A stretch of DNA of 12,228 nucleotides from a virus, in the UHGV virus genome UHGV-0278805; one strand, written 5' to 3'. The translations under genes and the position numbers were made by a program. Under the pieces are notes generated by a model, which saw nothing but the letters and a program-made list of their open reading frames with translations, had not been told where the DNA came from and ran no database searches. This document shows, one piece after another, positions 1 to 6,289 of the stretch; the stretch's first letter is position 1; every line of letters begins with the position of its first letter.

Positions 1-1
1 T

Positions 2-499
2 TTCGACATGGTAACCAGCGCACCTGAAAAATTATCCGGACAGGCTGCTGACAAGATGCAGGCTGGCGTGATTCTGCTGGACTTTATGCGCCGGGAGTTA
101 AATCTGTCTAACTCTTCAGTGCTTGGAGCCTGTCAGAAACTCCAGGAGGCTGTTGGCTTACCGAATCTGGCACCGCGCTATGCCATTGATGCTCCTGCTG
201 ACGCGCCTGATGGCTCAAGCCGCCCCACGCTGTCACTGAGTGCACTGCTGAAGCAGTATGGTATCCGCCTGACAGCTAATCAGGCATATCACCAGATGGT
301 GAAGCTGGGGATCGTCGAGCAGCGCGAACGATACAGCCGTACCGCGATTAACAACATCAAAAAATTCTGGTCGCTGACGGCGAAAGGCTGCATGTTCGGC
401 AAGAACATCACCAGTCCCGCAAATCCGCGCGAGACGCAGCCGCATTTCTTCGAATCCCGATTCCCTGAGCTGTTAAAGCTACTCGATACCGTTCATTGA
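2..499 (+). CDS. Phage early-region protein, 5'-truncated by the window edge (possibly Roi/antirepressor-like C-terminal domain)
   Basis: Reading frame is open from position 2 with no upstream stop, so the true N-terminus lies outside the window; first in-window ATG at 8; stop TGA at 497-499. Position directly upstream of the DUF968-Q pair matches the lambdoid nin/roi region. Product assignment is a weak recollection, not a recognised motif. Confidence 0.35.
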   Translation, partial: FDMVTSAPEKLSGQAADKMQAGVILLDFMRRELNLSNSSVLGACQKLQEAVGLPNLAPRYAIDAPADAPDGSSRPTLSLSALLKQYGIRLTANQAYHQMVKLGIVEQRERYSRTAINNIKKFWSLTAKGCMFGKNITSPANPRETQPHFFESRFPELLKLLDTVH

Positions 500-500
500 G

Positions 501-1496
501 GTGACCGTGAGAGCACTACTGACGCCTGAAATTGCCCCGCGTATGGGGATCGTATTGTTCAGGCCAGGTTCAGAGCTGATGCCCTTGTTTATGCAGGGGC
601 GTGTCCTGCTGGAGCCAGAGCCGGAACGTTATTCATCTTTCGCCAGTGGTGCCGTTCCGGCGGCATCACAACCGCTGGCGGATGATCCTGCCGTTCGGGC
701 CGTGTTCCGCAATGAGGCAGTGATCCGTCGTGCTGGTGGAGTGGAATGTCTTGAAAGCTGGTTACTTCGTGAAAAAGGCTGCCAATGGCCTCATTCCGAC
801 TGGCACAGCGAGAACATGACCACAATGCGACACGCGCCGGGCGCAATCCGTCTGTGCTGGCACTGCGATAACCAGCTGCGCGATCAGTTCACGGAACGGC
901 TGGAATCAATGGCAACGGATAACTGTGCCCGCTGGGTGTTATCTGTTGTGCGCCGTGATCTCGGTTTTGATGATAGTCACGTTGTAACAATGCCGGAACT
1001 GTGCTGGTGGCTGGTTCGTAATGACCTGGCTGATGCCTTACCGGAAAGTGCAGCCCGTAAGGCACTGAGATTACCTAAGCCTGTTGTGCCGTCTGTCACC
1101 CGGGAGAGTGACCTTGTTCCTTCGGTTCCTGCCACCAGCATTATCCAGGATAAAGCGAAAAAGGTGCTGGCGCTGAAAGTGGATCCAGAGTCGCCGGAGT
1201 CTTTTATGTTACGCCCAAAATGTCGCCGCTGGGTTAATGAAAAGTACACGCGCTGGGTTAAGACACAGCCGTGTGCATGTTGTGGAAAGCCTGCTGATGA
1301 TCCCCACCACCTGATAGGCCACGGTCAGGGTGGAATGGGTACAAAAGCGCATGACCTCTTTGTGTTGCCTTTGTGCAGAAAGCATCACGACGAGCTGCAT
1401 GCGGATACCGTGGCATTTGAAGAGAAGTATGGCTCCCAGCTGGAGCTGATATTTCGTTTTATCGATCGTGCGCTGGAAATAGGCGTGCTGGCCTGA
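501..1496 (+). CDS. DUF968/YdfU-like prophage protein with C-terminal HNH-like (His-Me finger) Cys/His cluster
   Basis: 331-aa ORF starting at GTG 501 (alternative in-frame GTG 507 and ATG 543). C-terminal segment CACCGKPADDPHHLIGHGQGGMGTKAHDLFVLPLCRKHHDELH has paired Cys and His-His spacing typical of HNH zinc-finger nucleases. Sits immediately upstream of Q, as YdfU-like genes do in E. coli lambdoid prophages (from memory). Confidence 0.7.
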   Translation: MTVRALLTPEIAPRMGIVLFRPGSELMPLFMQGRVLLEPEPERYSSFASGAVPAASQPLADDPAVRAVFRNEAVIRRAGGVECLESWLLREKGCQWPHSDWHSENMTTMRHAPGAIRLCWHCDNQLRDQFTERLESMATDNCARWVLSVVRRDLGFDDSHVVTMPELCWWLVRNDLADALPESAARKALRLPKPVVPSVTRESDLVPSVPATSIIQDKAKKVLALKVDPESPESFMLRPKCRRWVNEKYTRWVKTQPCACCGKPADDPHHLIGHGQGGMGTKAHDLFVLPLCRKHHDELHADTVAFEEKYGSQLELIFRFIDRALEIGVLA

Positions 1497-1513
1497 TTTT
1501 GTGGAGAAATTTG

Positions 1514-1879
1514 ATGCGTGATATTCAGATCATCCTTGAACGTTGGGGGGCATGGGCAGCTAGTGATAGCTCAGGAGTGGACTATTCGCCTATAGCTGCT
1601 GGGTTTAAGGGACTTCTTCCCTATACCAGTAAGGCACGCCAAGCTTGTTCAGATAATGATGCGCTAATTATTGAAAGTTGCTTGGAGCAACTAAAAAAAA
1701 GAAAACCTTATGAGCATTCTCTACTGGTTGCGCATTATTTGTACGGGTTTTCAAAGCGGAAGATTGCCAAAGTACAAGGAAAGGATGAGAAATTAATCCG
1801 TATAGAAATATTGTTAGCAGAGGGATTCATTGATGGTTGCCTTTCTACTCTCGATATTCATTTAGATATGGAGTTATAA
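1514..1879 (+). CDS. Q: Late-gene antitermination protein Q (phage 21/82-type, QuuD/QuuQ-like)
   Basis: ATG at 1514 preceded by GGAG at 1503-1506; stop TAA 1877-1879. Translation MRDIQIILERWGAWAA...IAAGFKGLL...LSTLDIHLDMEL closely resembles remembered DLP12/Qin Q-like antiterminators. The track start at 1499 is a TTG read-in; the ATG with an RBS is preferred. Confidence 0.8.
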   Translation: MRDIQIILERWGAWAASDSSGVDYSPIAAGFKGLLPYTSKARQACSDNDALIIESCLEQLKKRKPYEHSLLVAHYLYGFSKRKIAKVQGKDEKLIRIEILLAEGFIDGCLSTLDIHLDMEL

Positions 1880-1888
1880 TAAAAATAA

Positions 1889-1913
1889 CCCCGTAAACTT
1901 TATGTTTACGGGG
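1889..1913. terminator. Bidirectional intrinsic terminator between convergent Q and the TIR-like gene
   Basis: Perfect 10-bp stem CCCCGTAAAC (1889-1898) / GTTTACGGGG (1904-1913) with 5-nt loop, flanked by an A-run upstream (AATAAAAATAA) and a T-run downstream (TTATTTCTTTTTTTT), so it reads as a hairpin plus U-tract on either strand. Confidence 0.6.
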
Positions 1914-1918
1914 GAAGG

Positions 1919-2734
1919 TTATTTCTTTTTTTTATTACTTTCAGATAATCGTCGGTTTAATGTGTATTTTATTTGGTTCCTAATCATTTTTTCAGGAATG
2001 TCATATTTGTCTAAGAATGATATTATTTCATCCTCGTCAAGCAATCCATTCTTTATAATTTCATCTATCTGTTTTTGTAGATACCAAACATCCTTCTGTT
2101 CTACAGGAGTTAAATTCATATGGCTATTTATGGAGTTGATAGTAGCATCACGTTCAAGAACTCTAATCCTTTGATTTAATGAACGAGTGTTTTGTAATAT
2201 TTCAGATAAAAGATCTTGTTCAGTACGTGGTTTTACTTCTTCAGTTGGAGGGTATTGATCTAAAGCTCGTTTAAAATTTTTTTCAAATTGCTCCCAGTAT
2301 GTATTAAAAACTTGCTTTAGAATACGGTCATCTAAAGATTTATCGACAAGACAATTGTTTATTGTCCTTACTAATTCCCAAACACTCTCTTTATTTGGCG
2401 TTGTGTGATTGAATTGAGCAAGTGGATCTTTTAAATCTTCTGGTTTTAAGTCAATCAAGAATGTACAAACTTTATTTGTTGAAAGTCCTTTTGCTAGTGC
2501 TCCTGTTTCAAACAAAATCCATGGTTTATTTTTATTTTCTTGTGTCAAACATACAATGCCGACAGATACATCTTTTAATTTATCATTAATTTCAGAGAAC
2601 CATATAGCGCCACGATCAATATCTCTGGTTGAAATCCATGGCTGCGAAGCTTGGATAACACACTTCAGCCAGTCGCTAATAAGTTCTGCAACAGCTTGAC
2701 TTCTTTGCCCAGACCAACTTATGAACACTTTCAT
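1919..2734 (-). CDS. TIR-like domain protein with uncharacterised C-terminal helical/charged domain (candidate anti-phage defence or abortive-infection effector)
   Basis: Minus-strand ORF; preferred start is the ATG at 2734-2732 (MKVFISWSG...), preceded by GGAG 6 nt upstream on the coding strand; the track start at 2758 is a TTG. Stop TAA (plus-strand TTA 1919-1921). N-terminal ~120 aa carry TIR-like hallmarks: beta-A strand VFISWSG, then GIVCLTQEN and PWILFETGAL with a glutamate at the position of the catalytic Glu in NAD-cleaving TIR domains. C-terminal ~150 aa is K/E/D-rich with no motif I recognise. Gene is strongly AT-rich relative to its neighbours. Confidence 0.7.
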   Translation of the reverse strand: MKVFISWSGQRSQAVAELISDWLKCVIQASQPWISTRDIDRGAIWFSEINDKLKDVSVGIVCLTQENKNKPWILFETGALAKGLSTNKVCTFLIDLKPEDLKDPLAQFNHTTPNKESVWELVRTINNCLVDKSLDDRILKQVFNTYWEQFEKNFKRALDQYPPTEEVKPRTEQDLLSEILQNTRSLNQRIRVLERDATINSINSHMNLTPVEQKDVWYLQKQIDEIIKNGLLDEDEIISFLDKYDIPEKMIRNQIKYTLNRRLSESNKKKK

Positions 2735-2759
2735 TATGTACTCCATGTAATCACTCAAA

Positions 2760-2857
2760 AGGGACTGAAATTTACATTAAAAATTAAATAAAATCACTCA
2801 CGCGGTCCGCAGAAACCATTGTAATCTGTTATGAGTGGTTACTTCGCCACACAACTT
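2760..2857. promoter_or_regulatory. AT-rich intergenic region, candidate divergent promoter region (TIR-like gene leftward; possible phage late promoter pR'/qut rightward)
   Basis: About 100 bp of AT-rich DNA between the 5' end of the minus-strand TIR-like gene and a + strand terminator. A possible + strand -10 TAAAAT at 2789-2794 with a weak -35 CTGAAA at 2765-2770. Promoter hexamers are weak matches and are not experimentally anchored. Confidence 0.3.
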
Positions 2858-2884
2858 AAACCCGCCGTCGAGCGGGTTTTTTTG
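2858..2884 (+). terminator. Intrinsic terminator (candidate tR'-like terminator of a short late leader transcript)
   Basis: AAACCCGC (2858-2865) / GCGGGTTT (2872-2879) stem with 6-nt loop, followed by TTTTTGT; a classic GC stem plus U-tract on the + strand. Confidence 0.65.
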
Positions 2885-2981
2885 TACCTGTAAACCTGGT
2901 GCAGTACGGTAAACACGCTGGTGGTCGTGAATACTGACTTTTTATCTTGCTGGCTTTTTAGACAAGAGTTATTGGTATGTC

Positions 2982-3200
2982 ATGTTAACCAGAAGGAAAA
3001 AAGACATGCTAAAACAGCAAGATATGACAGAAACGGCGAAAGTTGTTTTTAATGAATTAAGCATCGAACCGGCAACAGTCGGGGAGATTGCACAAAACAC
3101 ATATCTTTCACGCGAACGCTGTCAGTTAATACTGACCCAGTTGGTTATGGCGGGGCTGGCAGATTACCAGTTCGGCTGTTACAGACGCCTTCAGCAATGA
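2982..3200 (+). CDS. Small helix-turn-helix-like protein of unknown function (possible regulator accompanying the methyltransferase)
   Basis: 72-aa ORF; alternative start ATG 3006 (MLKQQDMTETAK...) lies 9 nt after GAAGGA. Segment TVGEIAQNTYLSRERCQLILTQLVMAGL has the look of a recognition helix / winged-helix region. No strong family recognition. Confidence 0.45.
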   Translation: MLTRRKKDMLKQQDMTETAKVVFNELSIEPATVGEIAQNTYLSRERCQLILTQLVMAGLADYQFGCYRRLQQ

Positions 3201-3349
3201 AGGACTTTTAATTTGTGAAAATGGGCGGCTGGTGGGTGTTGGTAGCACCTGCCAGCCATTCGCTCATGCTTACTGGTCACAAGCGAACCACGGCCCACTG
3301 CTTTAGCGCAAAAGCAGAGTGAGCCTACCAGAGTTACGCTTACTGATCC

Positions 3350-4402
3350 ATGAAAAATACTGTAAAAATAAACAGTGTTGATTTAATCAACGCTGATTGC
3401 CTGCATTTTATTCAGTCCCTGCCTGATGATTCCATTGACCTGATTGTTACCGATCCGCCGTACTTCAAGGTGAAACCCAACGGCTGGGACAATCAGTGGA
3501 AAGGGGACGAAGATTACCTTAAGTGGCTGGACCACTGTCTGGCCCAGTTCTGGCGGGTGTTAAAACCTGCCGGAAGCCTTTACCTGTTCTGTGGGCATCG
3601 CTTGGCATCTGATATTGAGATCATGATGCGTGAACGTTTCAACGTGCTTAACCATATCATCTGGGCGAAGCCGTCCGGACGTTGGAATGGGTGTAATAAA
3701 GAAAGTCTGCGCGCATATTTTCCTGCCACAGAGCGCGTTCTGTTTGCTGAACATTACCAGGGGCCATATCGCGGCAAAAGTGACGGCTATGCGGCAAAAG
3801 AAAGGGAACTCAAACAGCACATAATGGCACCGCTGATATCGTATTTCAGGGATGCTCGTGCCGAACTGGGTATAACGGCAAAACAAATTGCCGAAGCCAC
3901 AGGTAAGAAAAATATGGTTTCCCACTGGTTTGGTGCCAGTCAGTGGCAGTTGCCGAATGAGGCTGACTATCGGAAGTTACAGGCACTGTTTTCCCGTATA
4001 GCGGCAGAGAAGTTTCAGGAACAACAACTGGAACAACCACACCACCAGCTGGTGGCATCTTATGATTCACTGAATCGCAAATATTCTGAATTGCTGGATG
4101 AGTTTAAATCTCTCCGGCGCTATTTCTCCGTATCAGTCTCCGTGCCTTATACCGATGTCTGGATGCATAAACCCGTTCAGTTCTACCCGGGTAAACATCC
4201 GTGTGAGAAACCTGCGGATATGCTCCGGCAAATAATCAATGCCAGTAGTCGACCTGGTGATCTGGTTGCTGATTTTTTTATGGGATCCGGTTCCACAATA
4301 AAAGCAGCAATGGCGCTGGGGCGTCGGGCCTTAGGTGTTGAGCTTGAGTCAGAGCGGTTTAACCAGACAGTGAAAGAGATAAACGAGCTGGTGGGGAAAT
4401 AA
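3350..4402 (+). CDS. Orphan DNA methyltransferase, beta-class N6-adenine/N4-cytosine type (YhdJ/CcrM-like architecture)
   Basis: 350-aa ORF. Motif IV DLIVTDPPY near the N-terminus and SAM-binding motif I DFFMGSGST near the C-terminus (beta-class order); HPCEKP segment parallels HPTQKP of remembered YhdJ-type enzymes. No adjacent restriction endonuclease candidate is present. Weak Shine-Dalgarno upstream of ATG 3350. Confidence 0.85.
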   Translation: MKNTVKINSVDLINADCLHFIQSLPDDSIDLIVTDPPYFKVKPNGWDNQWKGDEDYLKWLDHCLAQFWRVLKPAGSLYLFCGHRLASDIEIMMRERFNVLNHIIWAKPSGRWNGCNKESLRAYFPATERVLFAEHYQGPYRGKSDGYAAKERELKQHIMAPLISYFRDARAELGITAKQIAEATGKKNMVSHWFGASQWQLPNEADYRKLQALFSRIAAEKFQEQQLEQPHHQLVASYDSLNRKYSELLDEFKSLRRYFSVSVSVPYTDVWMHKPVQFYPGKHPCEKPADMLRQIINASSRPGDLVADFFMGSGSTIKAAMALGRRALGVELESERFNQTVKEINELVGK

Positions 4403-4408
4403 TCTGGT

Positions 4409-4433
4409 GGCCACGTAGGTGGCCTTTTTATTT
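4409..4433 (+). terminator. Intrinsic terminator downstream of the methyltransferase
   Basis: GGCCAC (4409-4414) / GTGGCC (4419-4424) stem with 4-nt loop GTAG, followed by TTTTTATTT, beginning 7 nt after the MTase stop codon. Confidence 0.5.
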
Positions 4434-4468
4434 CCATTACACAGCACCCGCATCTGCGAGGTGGGGTT

Positions 4469-4684
4469 ATGAAATCCATGGATAAGTTAACAACGGGTGT
4501 CGCCTATGGCACCTCAGCAGGTAGTGCCGGGTACTGGTTTTTACAGTTGCTCGATAAAGTCACGCCCTCACAGTGGGCGGCAATAGGTGTGCTGGGTAGT
4601 CTGGTATTTGGCTTGCTGACGTATCTGACAAACCTTTATTTCAAGATTAAAGAAGATAAGCGTAAGGCTGCGAGAGGTGAATAA
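4469..4684 (+). CDS. S: Pinholin/antiholin, phage 21 S21-like, with dual-start motif
   Basis: Translation [71 protein letters not shown] closely matches remembered phage 21 S. Two in-frame ATGs at 4469 and 4478 (Met1-Lys-Ser-Met4) correspond to the antiholin (71 aa) and holin (68 aa) starts. Two hydrophobic segments. Confidence 0.85.
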
Positions 4685-5181
4685 TGTCGCCATCATTACG
4701 CAAGGCTGTTGCTGCTGCTATTGGTGGTGGGGCTGTTGCCATAGCGTCTGTGCTCATCACTGGTCCGAGTGGTGACGATGGCCTGGAAGGTGTCAGCTAC
4801 ATACCATACAAAGATATCGTTGGCGTATGGACTGTATGTCACGGACACACCGGAAAAGACATCATGCTAGGTAAAACGTATACCGAAGCAGAATGCAAAG
4901 CCCTCCTGAATAAAGACCTTGCCACGGTCGCCAGACAAATTAACCCGTACATCAAAGTCGATATACCGGAAACAACGCGCGGCGCTCTTTACTCGTTCGT
5001 CTACAACGTGGGTGCTGGCAATTTCAGAACATCGACGCTTCTTCGCAAAATAAACCAGGGCGATATCAAAGGCGCATGTGACCAGCTACGTCGCTGGACA
5101 TACGCTGGCGGTAAGCAATGGAAAGGCCTGATGACTCGTCGTGAGATTGAGCGTGAAGTCTGTTTGTGGGGGCAACAATGA
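4684..5181 (+). CDS. R: SAR (signal-anchor-release) endolysin, lysozyme family, phage 21 R21-like
   Basis: ATG 4684 overlaps the holin stop (TAATG). N-terminal Gly/Ala-rich weakly hydrophobic segment [18 protein letters not shown] is typical of a SAR domain, followed by a lysozyme-like body ([22 protein letters not shown]...); near-identical to remembered R21. Confidence 0.85.
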   Translation: MSPSLRKAVAAAIGGGAVAIASVLITGPSGDDGLEGVSYIPYKDIVGVWTVCHGHTGKDIMLGKTYTEAECKALLNKDLATVARQINPYIKVDIPETTRGALYSFVYNVGAGNFRTSTLLRKINQGDIKGACDQLRRWTYAGGKQWKGLMTRREIEREVCLWGQQ

Positions 5182-5645
5182 GCAGAGTAACCGCGATTAT
5201 CTCCGCTCTGGTTATCTGCATCATCGTCTGCCTGTCGTGGGCGGTCAATCATTACCGTGATAACGCCATCGCCTACAAAGAACAGCGTGATAAAAAAGTC
5301 AGTGAGCTGAAGCAGGCGACCGCCACCATCGCTGACATGCAGCAGCGTCAGCGTGATGTTGCTGCGATCGATGCAAAATACACGAAGGAGTTAGCCGATG
5401 CGAAAACTGAAAATGAAACTCTGCGCGCTGATGTTGCCGCTGGTCGTAAGCGCCTGCGGGTCAATGCCAGTTGCTCCGCAGCCGTGCGTGAAGCCACCGG
5501 ACCCACCAGCATGGATAATGCAACCAGCCCCCGACTGGCAGACACCGCTGAACGGGATTATTTCACCCTCAGAGAACGGTTGATGACGATGCAGAAGCAA
5601 CTGGAAGGGGCGCAGGAATATATCCGCACCCAGCGCATTAAGTAG
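5178..5645 (+). CDS. Rz: Rz i-spanin (inner-membrane spanin)
   Basis: ATG 5178 overlaps the endolysin stop (ATGA). Translation [30 protein letters not shown]... has an N-terminal TM segment and a coiled-coil-like periplasmic domain, and is highly similar to remembered lambda Rz. The track start 5166 is an upstream read-in. Confidence 0.85.
   Translation: MSRVTAIISALVICIIVCLSWAVNHYRDNAIAYKEQRDKKVSELKQATATIADMQQRQRDVAAIDAKYTKELADAKTENETLRADVAAGRKRLRVNASCSAAVREATGPTSMDNATSPRLADTAERDYFTLRERLMTMQKQLEGAQEYIRTQRIK
5398..5583 (+). CDS. Rz1: Rz1 o-spanin (outer-membrane lipoprotein), nested in the +1 frame inside Rz
   Basis: ATG 5398 preceded by AAGGAG at 5384-5389; lipobox LVVSAC with Cys at residue 20; proline-rich mature part [32 protein letters not shown] matching remembered lambda Rz1. 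Entirely embedded within the Rz reading frame. Confidence 0.8.
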   Translation: MRKLKMKLCALMLPLVVSACGSMPVAPQPCVKPPDPPAWIMQPAPDWQTPLNGIISPSENG

Positions 5646-5666
5646 CTGGAGAAAAAACACGAATCT

Positions 5667-6029
5667 GTGGTTTTTACTGAGCGCGGTGTACACGGTGGAA
5701 CATATGGCGGGAAGTTTGTTGCTTATGATTATGCAGCATGGCTAAACCCCGGATTTAAATATGCAGCCTATAAAGTCCTGGATGACTACTTCACCGGAGA
5801 ACTTCAGCATCGCAACAGCTTAAGTGCGCAGCTCAATATGAAGTGTCATGAGTTTGATCAGAAAAAAGATATGGCGAGCTTCTGTGGACAAGGGCTGGCG
5901 GCATGGCGCTATACGAAGCCAGTGTTGGTCGCTGAGATTAACTCCCTGGCTAACCAGCTGCAGATAACGATCCCCGGGCTGTCCGGTATTTGCCGGTATG
6001 AAATTACCGGAAGGCGCGGTCGTTACTGA
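5667..6029 (+). CDS. Hypothetical protein with KilA-N-like segment; possibly a 5'-truncated remnant
   Basis: 120-aa ORF starting at GTG with no convincing RBS (nearest GGAG is about 16 nt upstream). Segment GTYGGKFVAYDYAAWLNPGFKYAAYKVLDDYF resembles the C-terminal half of the KilA-N consensus (GTWVHP.LA..FA.WLSP.F..W); the N-terminal half of the domain is absent. May be a gene fragment. Confidence 0.3.
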   Translation: MVFTERGVHGGTYGGKFVAYDYAAWLNPGFKYAAYKVLDDYFTGELQHRNSLSAQLNMKCHEFDQKKDMASFCGQGLAAWRYTKPVLVAEINSLANQLQITIPGLSGICRYEITGRRGRY

Positions 6030-6289
6030 GTAACAGCAGGCATTACAGCAGCCCTTCACTGAGGGGCTGCGATAATGTGAGGAATAAAAAACCGGCAGGG
6101 GAAATCCATTGAAGATTTGCCGGTGGCAAAAGATGGCCATGCTTTTAACCTTAGTAGCAGAGTTACGGAGTTCAACAACGACCGTCGCCGTTATCTTGCT
6201 GAAAGGCGTTTCAATGATTTTCATCAATTTATTCATCAGCAATGGTGATAATCACTCTCATTTTGGCGGGTCCTTCCGGTGGGGTGGCC

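Noticed and set aside
1499-1513. Track-proposed upstream starts (Q at 1499, Rz at 5166, portal at 9216, TIR-like gene at 2758)
   Set aside because: These are read-ins through the preceding gene's 3' end; downstream ATGs with proper RBS spacing and stop/start overlap (1514, 5178, 9288, 2734) fit known protein N-termini better.
1926-1933. Homopolymeric T8 tract (A8 on the coding strand) at the 3' end of the TIR-like gene as a phase-variation switch
   Set aside because: It encodes the terminal Lys run just before the stop codon, so slippage would only alter the last few residues; more likely part of the terminator U-tract.
1902-2174. 90-aa + strand ORF overlapping the TIR-like gene
   Set aside because: Phe/Ile/Ser-rich translation is the mirror of an AT-rich coding strand; it starts inside the terminator hairpin region and has no RBS.
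1514-2981. Complete Thoeris system (ThsB TIR plus ThsA)
   Set aside because: Only a single TIR-like gene is present; its neighbours are Q on one side and a terminator plus small HTH ORF on the other, with no SIR2/SLOG or Macro-domain partner. It is therefore treated as a stand-alone candidate.
3200-3349. Possible tRNA gene or small ORF (37-aa ATG ORF at about 3221) between the HTH-like ORF and the MTase; tRNAs are common at this locus in Stx phages
   Set aside because: No cloverleaf-compatible stems, no T-loop GTTCGAATC-like element and no 3' CCA context; the small ORF lacks an RBS.
6048-6070. Hairpin GCAGCCC-N9-GGGCTGC downstream of the KilA-N-like ORF as a terminator
   Set aside because: No adjacent T-run on either strand; may be a structured element or coincidence, not a convincing intrinsic terminator.
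5820-6242. 140-aa minus-strand ORF across the KilA-N-like ORF and cos-proximal region (a bor-like gene would be expected here by lambda synteny)
   Set aside because: No lipoprotein signal or lipobox, no RBS, and the translation is not Bor-like; judged spurious.
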